A stretch of 64,000 nucleotides of DNA, taken from positions 2,131,073 to 2,195,072 of the forward strand of contig CAVQEJ010000003.1 of the NCBI GenBank assembly GCA_963711505.1, read 5' to 3'. The position numbers were made by a program, and so were the translations under genes. Source of the DNA: an uncultured Acidobacteriota bacterium (GTDB taxonomy: Bacteria; Acidobacteriota; Vicinamibacteria; Vicinamibacterales; CAVVIG01). This document shows positions 55,932 through 64,000 of the stretch, one piece after another. The notes beneath the pieces were generated by a model, which searched no databases, was not told where the DNA came from, and saw only the letters and a list, made by a program, of their open reading frames with translations. Position 1 is the stretch's first letter. Every line of letters starts with the position of its first letter.

Positions 55932-56279
55932 ATGCTGAAGCGACTGAGCGTGACGATGGCAGGCGCCCTGATGGCCGTGGGACTGATGGTGGGATCCGCG
56001 GCGCCGCTCCATGCGGCCGCGAAAATGTTCACGGGTGAAGTCGGCGATGCCATGTGCGGCCTGCACCACATGGGCGGCGATGCGGCCGAATGCACCCGGG
56101 GCTGCGTGAAGGACGGGTCCGACTACGCGCTCATCGTCGGCGACAAGGCGCTGACCCTGACGGTGTCGGACGCCAAGTTGAAGGACGCGCTCGACAAGCT
56201 GGCCGGCAAGAAGGCCACGGTCACAGGCGAAGAAAAGGGTGACACCATCGTCGTCACGGCCGTCAAAGCGGCCAAATAG
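55932..56279 (+). CDS. Small secreted Cys/His-motif protein
   Basis: GAGGAG RBS, signal peptide, DAMCGLHH...CTRGCVKDG.DYAL. Confidence 0.8.
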   Translation: MLKRLSVTMAGALMAVGLMVGSAAPLHAAAKMFTGEVGDAMCGLHHMGGDAAECTRGCVKDGSDYALIVGDKALTLTVSDAKLKDALDKLAGKKATVTGEEKGDTIVVTAVKAAK

Positions 56280-56443
56280 TCAGTGTTTCAGGGAACGGGC
56301 GGCGCCAGGCCCCTGCGCGTCGCCCGTTGCCGCATCGGTGCCAGCCTGCCCCGGCGACACTCCCCGCCTCCGGGTGACCTCTCCAAGAGACAGAATATTC
56401 TGGACGCCGCGAAGAATTCGGCGTATCGTCGGGCCATCCGTTC

Positions 56444-56459
56444 CGGCAGCAGTCTTGCT
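56444..56459 (+). promoter_or_regulatory. Putative sigma-54 promoter
   Basis: CGGCAG-CAGTC-TTGCT (GG-N10-GC); perfect palindrome CAGAATATTCTG at 56391-56402. Confidence 0.5.
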
Positions 56460-56486
56460 CGTGGGGTTTGACAGGAGGGCGTCGCC

Positions 56487-56666
56487 ATGACTCGCTCAGT
56501 CGTTGCGTCAGGTCCGGAATCCCTCGTTCGACACAATCACCGCCAGGCAACCGTCCCGCCTCCCGAGAACAACCACGTCACCGTTGCCTGCTCCGACGCG
56601 CTCGACGTCGTCTGCCTGGCCGTCGTCATCACGCTGATCGGCGCGACCCTGTTCTTCGTCTTCTGA
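56487..56666 (+). CDS. 59-aa small membrane protein (below ORF-track cut-off)
   Basis: AGGAGG RBS; MTRSVVASGPESLVRHNHRQATVPPPENNHVTVACSDALDVVCLAVVITLIGATLFFVF*. Confidence 0.6.
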   Translation: MTRSVVASGPESLVRHNHRQATVPPPENNHVTVACSDALDVVCLAVVITLIGATLFFVF

Positions 56667-56725
56667 CCGTTCCGACCGCTCCGACCGCCACGTCCCGTCC
56701 GTGACGCCCGCTCGCGGCGGGCTGC

Positions 56726-57685
56726 CTAGACGTGATTGCGCAGCATCAGCTCCCTGGGATGGGGATCCAGATAGACCTGATCGGCCAGGTAGGCGACCGC
56801 CTGCGCCCGCACGTGATGCCGCACCAGCGTCAGCGGCACGACGAGCGGCACCAGCCCCGTCCGATAGTCCTCGATCGTCGCCAGCAGCTCGTCGCGTGAC
56901 GCCGGGTCGATCGTCCGCTTGAAATAGCCGACCATGTGCATCAGGACGTTCGTCTGCCGCCGCGGCGTTGCCATCACGCGCAGCGCCGCCATGAAGTCCG
57001 CCGGATAGCGCGTGGCGATCTCGGCGCGCGGCAGCGTCTTCGCGCCGGCCACGAAGCGGCCGAGCGCCTGGTACGCCCGCGGCGCGTGCGCCATCAGCAC
57101 CAGCTTGTGGCGCGTATGGAAGCGGACGAGCGAGCCGACCGTCCAGCGGCCGTCGAACAGGTCGCGCAGCCGGCGGTAGGCGAACACGCGCTCGATGAAG
57201 TTCTCGCGCAGCCGCGGGTCCGACAGCCGGCCCTCCTCCTCCACCGGCAGGTCGGGAAACCGCGCGAGCAGCGCGGCGGCGAACAGCCCGCGCCCGCGGC
57301 GCGCCGGCATGCCGTGGCCGTCGTAGACCTTCACCCGCTCCATGCCGCAGCTCGGCGAGTCCTTCTTCAGCACGTATCCCGACAGATCGGCCGAGGAGAG
57401 CGACTCGGCACGGCGGCGCGCGTACCGCGCCATGACGTCCGTGTGATCCGTCCCGCTCTTCACGCCGACCATCCGCAGGGCATCCGGAGAACCCATCAGC
57501 CGGACGGCCTCGCGCGGCGTCCCCATCCCGGTCTCGACTTCGGGGCAGACCGGCACCCATTCGACGTAACGGCCGAAGGTGTCGGCCAGGAAGCCGTCAC
57601 GCTTGTGGCCGCCGTCGTAGCGGACCTTCTGGCCGAGCAGACAGGCCGAGATGCCGATCCGGATCGGGTGTTCGCTACTGGTCAC
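56726..57685 (-). CDS. DUF523+DUF1722 (YbgA-like) protein
   Basis: GISACLLG..VRYDGGHK, CPEVE.G, KKDSPSCG, HMVGYFK, YL.PHP.EL.LRNHV. Confidence 0.9.
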   Translation of the reverse strand: MTSSEHPIRIGISACLLGQKVRYDGGHKRDGFLADTFGRYVEWVPVCPEVETGMGTPREAVRLMGSPDALRMVGVKSGTDHTDVMARYARRRAESLSSADLSGYVLKKDSPSCGMERVKVYDGHGMPARRGRGLFAAALLARFPDLPVEEEGRLSDPRLRENFIERVFAYRRLRDLFDGRWTVGSLVRFHTRHKLVLMAHAPRAYQALGRFVAGAKTLPRAEIATRYPADFMAALRVMATPRRQTNVLMHMVGYFKRTIDPASRDELLATIEDYRTGLVPLVVPLTLVRHHVRAQAVAYLADQVYLDPHPRELMLRNHV

Positions 57686-57707
57686 CTGTGCCTCCCCTGC
57701 CGTCCGG

Positions 57708-58292
57708 TCAACCGGTGGTCACCACGACGGCGGCGCACGGCGTCCGGCCCCGGCGCCGGTACCCGTGCGGCACCACGGGATCGAAGTACATCGAGTCGCC
57801 GGAGGCGAGCGTGTGCTCCTCGTCGCCGACCGTCACGATGAGCGTGCCGCGCACGACGTAGATCACCTCGCCGCCCGGATGGGCGTGCCGGCGCAGCCGG
57901 TCGGGCGGCACGTCTTCGAACTCCGCGTAGTACGCCTGGAGCTTCCGCTCCGTCACCGGAAAATCGAGGCTCTCGAACCGGTACTGCAGCGGCCGCGCGC
58001 CCGCGCGATCCGGCAGCCGGATCCGATCGGCGCGCCGCACGACCGCCAGCGCCGGCCGCTCGCGCACCGCGAAGAAGTGATCGAGGCCGACCCCGAAGAC
58101 GAGGGCGATGCGCAGCAGCGTGGGCAGCGTCGGAAACAGCCGGCCCCGCTCGAGCTTCGACAGCAGGGCGGGTGAGAGTCCCGTGTGCCGGCCCAGTTCG
58201 ACCAGCCCCATCTTCTTCTTCAGACGGAGGGTGCGAAGCTTGGTCCCGATGTCGTAGCGTGCGAGTCCGTCCGTCAGTGTCGCCGACAGCAT
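57708..58292 (-). CDS. XRE-family HTH + cupin transcriptional regulator
   Basis: HTH LSKLERG..PTL, cupin HPGGEVIYV..G, PHGY. Confidence 0.9.
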   Translation of the reverse strand: MLSATLTDGLARYDIGTKLRTLRLKKKMGLVELGRHTGLSPALLSKLERGRLFPTLPTLLRIALVFGVGLDHFFAVRERPALAVVRRADRIRLPDRAGARPLQYRFESLDFPVTERKLQAYYAEFEDVPPDRLRRHAHPGGEVIYVVRGTLIVTVGDEEHTLASGDSMYFDPVVPHGYRRRGRTPCAAVVVTTG

Positions 58293-58385
58293 GATGGTCT
58301 CCCGGCCTTCCCCACGGTCACATCCGGCGCGATGGTGGTCGCCCGGCGAACACGGTCCGCTCTCCCGGGCCGATGATCGTCAGAC

Positions 58386-58419
58386 ATTTCACTGCAGTCA
58401 AATTACTTTACTCTGAAAT
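58386..58419. promoter_or_regulatory. AT-rich inverted repeat, probable operator/promoter between regulator and MFS gene
   Basis: ATTTCACTGCAGTCAAA ... TGAAAT; AT-rich island in GC-rich DNA. Confidence 0.5.
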
Positions 58420-58662
58420 TCAACGCATGGCAGCCTCGGCCGGGAAGCGCTGCACGAGGCGTTCGTCGACGGCGTGCAGTTCCTGGACCGTCGGATCCGC
58501 GGTCCCTTCCGCAACCGGCGGCACCCCCACCGCGTGGCTCCCGAGCAGCCCGCCGCAGGCGGTGAGCGTCTTCCGCTCCGATCGGCTGACGGCATTCCGG
58601 CCCCTCCGGGGTAGAATCTCCCGACACGCCGCACCTGTACCACGCCGCGCGAAGGAGGTTCA

Positions 58663-59979
58663 GTGGAGGATTCGACATCCCCGGCAACGGGGCCGACCGG
58701 TCAGCCGATGCCCTGGTACCGGGAAGTCACGGCCGATCAGTGGCGGGCCTTCTTCGCCTGCTTCATGGGATGGGTGCTCGACGGATTCGACTTCACCATT
58801 CTCACCTTCATCCTGGTCGACCTCGAACACAGCTTCACGGTGAGCAAGGCGCTGGCCGGCGCGCTCGGGACCGTCACGCTGCTGTTCCGCGTGGCGGGCG
58901 GCATCGGGGCCGGCACGGCGGCGGACAAGTGGGGGCGCAAGCTGCCGCTGATGTTCTCCATCCTGTGGTACTCGCTGTTCGCCTTCCTCAGCGGCTTCTC
59001 CACCTCCTACGCGATGCTCTTCGGCCTGCGGGCGCTGTTCGGCATCGGCATGGGCGGCGTCTGGGCGGCGGCGATGCCGCTGACGATCGAGCACTGGCCG
59101 CCGCACCTGCGGGGCATCGCGTCCGGCCTGCTGCAGGGCGGCTGGTCGTGGGGCTTCATGCTGTCGACGCTGGTCTACACGTTCATCTACCCGCTGGTGA
59201 ACACGCGGCCCGACTTCGCCTGGCGGGTCATGTTCTGGATCGGCGTGCTGCCGGCGCTGATGATCTTCTGGATCGTCAAGCAGGTGAAGGAGAGCCCGGT
59301 GTGGCTCGCCCGGCAGAGCCACCTCCAGGAGCGCCGTCACACCGACCAGGTCTCGCTCGTCCGGATCTTCCGGCGCGATCTCATCGGCGTCACGCTGCAG
59401 ACCTCGATCCTGATGGGCGCCTTCATCTTCTCGTACCACTCACTGACCTTCTGGTACCCGACGTTCCTCCGGACGTCGCACGTGGCGCCGCTGCGCTTCC
59501 TGGTCGCGTTCAATGCCGGCAGCATCGCGGGGGCCTTCATCTGGGGGCACGTCTCGGAGTCGCGGCTCGGCCGCCGCGGCGCGGCGATGCTCGCCATGCT
59601 CGGCGGCGTGGCGACGATCCCCCTGTACATCATGACGGCCAACACGACGCTGCTCCTGATCGGCGCGCTGCTGATGGGCCTCACCGCATCCGGGGCCTGG
59701 GGCGTGGTGCCGTCGTACCTCACCGAGCGGTTCCCGACGTCGGTCCGGGGCGTCGGGGCCGGCTTCGCCTATCACGTCGGCGCCGGTCTCGGCTCGTTCA
59801 CCCCGGTCCTCATCGGTGCGCTCCAGGACCGCGGCATGGCCCTGCCGCATGCGATGATGCTGTGCATCACCGTCTCCTGCCTGCTCGTCACCTTCATGAT
59901 GTGGATCGGACCCGAGACCCGCGGGCGGGCGTTCGCCGGCGTGGACGAGGCGGACGTCGCCGTCGGCCTCGTCCACTGA
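58663..59979 (+). CDS. MFS transporter (sialate/lactate-like)
   Basis: GWVLDGFDF, ADKWGRK, GIGMGG, ERFPTSVRG, PETRG. Confidence 0.92.
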   Translation: MEDSTSPATGPTGQPMPWYREVTADQWRAFFACFMGWVLDGFDFTILTFILVDLEHSFTVSKALAGALGTVTLLFRVAGGIGAGTAADKWGRKLPLMFSILWYSLFAFLSGFSTSYAMLFGLRALFGIGMGGVWAAAMPLTIEHWPPHLRGIASGLLQGGWSWGFMLSTLVYTFIYPLVNTRPDFAWRVMFWIGVLPALMIFWIVKQVKESPVWLARQSHLQERRHTDQVSLVRIFRRDLIGVTLQTSILMGAFIFSYHSLTFWYPTFLRTSHVAPLRFLVAFNAGSIAGAFIWGHVSESRLGRRGAAMLAMLGGVATIPLYIMTANTTLLLIGALLMGLTASGAWGVVPSYLTERFPTSVRGVGAGFAYHVGAGLGSFTPVLIGALQDRGMALPHAMMLCITVSCLLVTFMMWIGPETRGRAFAGVDEADVAVGLVH

Positions 59980-60066
59980 GACGGGCCGCCGGAAGCCGCA
60001 GCCGGCGGAGTACGAATGACTGCGCGCCTGCCGACACGGGCGCATGCCGGAGCTGGTTGATCGCAG

Positions 60067-60819
60067 ATGCCCGACTCGAACCCGGTCCACCGGAAGAGGC
60101 GCCTCACCGGCCGTCTCGTCGTCCTCTTCGTGCTGCTCGCCATCCTGGCGGCCGCCGCCTGGGCCGGGATCGCCACGTACCAGAGCTACCAGGCCACCAC
60201 GACGCAGGCGGAGATGACCATCTCGACGCCCAACTCGTTCATGCTGAGCGGCAAGATCACCGAGTCGGCGCCGACGACGGACATCGGGCTGCCGGACGTC
60301 GAGATCGGCGCGTGGTCCGGCACCCGGCAGGTGGCGACGGCCAAGTCGGACGCCGAAGGGCACTACGCCGTGCAGGGGCTCAGCGGTGAGGTGGAACTGC
60401 GGGTCAGCGCGCCGGGCTACGGCAGCGTCAAGCACCAGCTGCTCGCCTTCCGGGACGAGAACCTGAACCTGCAGCTCACGCCGGACCCGAAGACGATCGA
60501 CGAAACGCTCACCGGCACGATCAAGCCGACCGATCCGCAGTGCTTCCTGATCCACGCCTGCCACGCGTACACGATCAACGTGCACCACGACGGCCCGGTC
60601 AACGCCACGCTCACGTGGCCCGACGACGACGTCTACCTGATGCTGCAGCTCTTCGTGCCGACGACGGGCCAGATCATCACCCAGGGGCAGGACCTCTGGG
60701 TGACCACGCAGTCCATCACCGCCTCCCTGCTTGCCGGCACGCGCTACGAGCTGCGCGTCGTCTACGAGAACGGCTCGAAGCCGACGAACTTCACGCTGGT
60801 CACGACCCACCCGAACTGA
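60067..60819 (+). CDS. Membrane-anchored protein with carboxypeptidase-regulatory-like and beta-sandwich domains
   Basis: N-terminal TM, LSGKIT..., SDAEGHY, VSAPGY. Confidence 0.65.
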   Translation: MPDSNPVHRKRRLTGRLVVLFVLLAILAAAAWAGIATYQSYQATTTQAEMTISTPNSFMLSGKITESAPTTDIGLPDVEIGAWSGTRQVATAKSDAEGHYAVQGLSGEVELRVSAPGYGSVKHQLLAFRDENLNLQLTPDPKTIDETLTGTIKPTDPQCFLIHACHAYTINVHHDGPVNATLTWPDDDVYLMLQLFVPTTGQIITQGQDLWVTTQSITASLLAGTRYELRVVYENGSKPTNFTLVTTHPN

Positions 60820-60827
60820 TCTTACGT

Positions 60828-60914
60828 GGGGCTCCGCCCCACACCCCGGCTCCCTGCACTCGCTCGCCTCTGACGGCTCGCGCCGTTCCGGTCGCGGGCC
60901 CGCCGTGCGGGCCG
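60828..60914. repeat. REP/MITE-like element, family 1
   Basis: GGGGCTCCGCCCCACACCCCGGCTCCCTGCACTCGCTCGC...GGGCCCGCCGTGCGGGCCG. Confidence 0.85.
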
Positions 60915-62394
60915 CGCAGCAGGACAGCGGCGCCATCGGCCGTCCAGTCGCGCAGCCAGTACGGCCGCATCAGCGCGCACGACTGGCACCCGATCTCGGT
61001 GGGTGGCGAGAACGGCTACATCGCGCCGGCCCCGACGATCCCGAGATCCGTGTACGGCGGCAACGACATCACGCGCTACAACCGATGCACGGGCGCCGAT
61101 CGCAGCATCGCTCGCCGACCCTCGGCCTCAAGGGGCTACTTCCGCCGAGCGTGGACGCTTGCCGGTGGTCATCTCCCCGATCGCGGCCCCACGACGCTGT
61201 ACTTCAGCAACCAGATGATGTTCCGCAGCCTCAACGGCGGCATCCTGGACGCCGATCAGCCCGACTGACGCGCGTGAACCGGCGTGCCGCCGAACCTCGA
61301 CCCGCTGACGGCGGCCGACGCCAGACAGCCCGAATCCGCGGCGGGGCGTCATCTACGCCATCGCGCCGTCGCCGGTGAACGCCGACACGCATCTGGGCCG
61401 GCACCGATGACGGGCTGATCCACCTCACCCGCGACGGCGGCAAGACGTGGAAGGACGTCACGCCGAAGCCGCTCACGCCGTGGAGCAAGGTCGGCATCAT
61501 CGACGCGTCGCACTTCGACGTGAACACCGCCTACGCGGCCATCGACCGGCACCGGCTCGAGGACTACACGCCCTACATCTGCCGGACGCGCGACGGCGGC
61601 ACGACCTGGCAGAACGTCGTCAACGGCATTCCTGACGGCGACTACGTGAACGTCGTGCGCGAGGACCCCGTGCGCAAGAGGGCTGCTGGACGCCGGCACC
61701 GAGAAGGGCCTCTACGTCTCGTTCGACGATGGCGGCCGCTGGGAGCCGCTGCAGCTGAACCTGCCGCACGACCTCCATCCGCGACCTGGCCTTCCGGGAC
61801 GGCGATCCGTGGCCGCCACGTTCGGCCGGTCGCTCTGGATCCTCGACGACCTCACCCCCTGCGCCAGCTGACGCACAGCCGCCTCCGGCGCACTGGCGTC
61901 GCCTCTTACGGCTCGGCCTGCGCGTTCCGGTCGCGGGCCCGCCGTGCGGGCCGTTACGCTGAGCGGCCTCCGCCCCACACCCCGGCTCCCTGCACTCGCT
62001 CGCCTCTTACGGCTCGCGCCGTTCCGGTCGCGGGCCCGCCGTGCGGGCCGTTACGCTGAGCAGCCTCGCCCACCCCGGCGAGACTCGCAGATCGCGAGCT
62101 GTTCGGCGATGCCGCCGCGCTCGAGACCAGACTGAAGGCGGCGGACATGACGCCGTGTTGAGCGGGATCGCGCAGCTCATGGGGGCGCCGGCCGGAGAGG
62201 CGCCTCCGAGCGCCACGGGCGGCCCGGTCACGAACCTGCGGGCCCTGTACGGGGAGTTCAGCCAGATCCAGCGGTCGGTGGAAAGCGGTCCGGCGGCCCC
62301 CACGGCGAGCGAGACGCGCGCCCTCACCGCGGCCAGGACGAGCCTGGCGCAGCTCGTGCAGCGCTGGAACCGGCTCAAGCAGCAGGCCGGCTGA
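60915..62394 (+). pseudogene. Remnant of BNR/VPS10-like glycosyl hydrolase (N-terminus and middle deleted, many frameshifts)
   Basis: Fragments QQDSGA, GGENGYIAP, WAGTDDGLIHLTRDGGKTW, RTRDGGTTWQ, VVREDP, GTEKGLYVSFDDG, TFGRSLWILDD; C-terminal helix ...VQRWNRLKQQAG*. Confidence 0.7.
61880..62080. repeat. Tandem family-1 REP/MITE copies
   Basis: Two consecutive CGTTCCGGTCGCGGGCCCGCCGTGCGGGCCGTTACGCTGAGC units plus partial third head. Confidence 0.85.
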
Positions 62395-62538
62395 AGTCGG
62401 TAGGGACTGGCGGCGGCGGCAGGCCCCAGGCACGGGGAGACAAGTCGAGACAAGGTGTGACAAGCCGGGTCCGCCGCCGCCGCGCCAATCAGCTATACTT
62501 GTCACGTGGGCCCGATGGGCCCCTTGGAGGCACGAACG

Positions 62539-62712
62539 ATGTTTGAAGGCCTGTTGCAGCCGACGCACCTCATCCTGATCCTGGCCATCGCGTTGCTGGT
62601 CTTCGGTCCGAAGAATCTTCCTCAGCTCGGCAAGGGTCTCGGTGAATCGATCCGGGGCTTCAAGGAAGCCATCAACGACGGGAAGGATTCGGAGAAGGAC
62701 AAAGAGAAGTAG
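62539..62712 (+). CDS. tatA: Twin-arginine translocase TatA/E subunit
   Basis: GGAGG RBS; MFEGLLQPTHLILILAIALLVFGPKNLPQLGKGLGESIRGFK. Confidence 0.92.
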   Translation: MFEGLLQPTHLILILAIALLVFGPKNLPQLGKGLGESIRGFKEAINDGKDSEKDKEK

Positions 62713-62931
62713 CGACCGGACGTGTCGGGCGGCCCGTGTCAAGGCGGGCCGCATCCCCTCTCTCTCGTTCAGCCCGCACGATTCGAGCCGGGCGGCCCGG
62801 GCTGGGAACGCCCCGTCGTTCCCGCCGGTTCCGGGTTGCGGCGTCTTCTCCTCCGGAACCGAACCGCCCGATCGCCGTCCGGACCGGTGCCCCGCTGATC
62901 GGACGCCCGGTTGTTCCCGGGAGGACGAGCC

Positions 62932-63337
62932 ATGTTTGAAGGACTTCTTCAGCCGGTCCACGTACCTGATCATTCTCGCGATCGCCCTGCTCGTGTTCGG
63001 TCCGAGCCGCCTGCCGGAACTGGGCAAGGGGCTGGGGAAGAGCCTGAAAGACTTCAAGGACACGATGGACGGCGCCGGCGACAAGATCATGAAGGAAGTC
63101 GGCGTGACGCCGGAAGACGCGAGGAAGATGAGCGACTCGCTCCAGGCGGTGAAGCGCGGGAATCTCCAGAGGACGCTGACGAGCAAGGCGATGGAGCACA
63201 CCGGGCTGGACCAGCTGAGCGGCCGGCGACCGGCCGCCGACACACCGGCAACCGCGGCGGCGACGCAGCCCGACGCGTCTCCCGCCCCCTCGGATCAACC
63301 ACCCGCGACGACTTCGGAAGACTCCGCAACGCGCTGA
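62932..63337 (+). CDS. Second TatA/TatB-like subunit (frameshift near 62960)
   Basis: MFEGLLQP then LIILAIALLVFGPSRLPELGKGLGKSLKDFK; long C-terminal tail. Confidence 0.8.
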
Positions 63338-63479
63338 GGGCCGGCGCCGGCCCCGCCCGTCTGGCCGGATGCCCGCGTTTGCGGGCACGACCGATCGGAA
63401 CGGGCGGCCCGCCGAGCCGACACATCTGCCGTCGTCCACGCGCGGGCGGCCCCCGTCAGATCACCCGCTCATCCGCGTT

Positions 63480-64000
<521 letters not shown>

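Overview
High-GC (visually about 70%) bacterial chromosome segment. Gene content suggests Acidobacteriota, probably Vicinamibacteria-like; this is inference only. Many genes, including essential ones (mrdA, mreD, rne/rng), have single-base frameshifts, which points to long-read indel errors rather than mass pseudogenisation. Housekeeping content: ABC exporter, tsaD, mtnA-PNP-nupC, mreBCD-mrdA-rodA-rng, ppiD, sppA, tRNA-Leu(CAG), sirtuin, two tatA-like genes. Best candidate for an undescribed system is a cyclic-dinucleotide circuit with two parts. (i) A tandem HEAT/HD-GYP/HEAT/HD-GYP operon whose four proteins share an N-terminal 'LY...HP' domain I cannot name; one HD-GYP has canonical RxxR, the other RxxQ (recalled as the 3',3'-cGAMP-type signature). 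(ii) A GAF-like GGDEF gene with the Hypr Asp-to-Ser signature just upstream of mreB, interrupted by one in-frame TGA. The window also holds at least three REP/MITE-like families (nested around the tRNA, one copy inside a cytochrome gene, two at deletion junctions of a pseudogene), heptamer tandem repeats at gene junctions, two sigma-54-type promoters and a 59-aa membrane peptide ORF missing from the ORF track.
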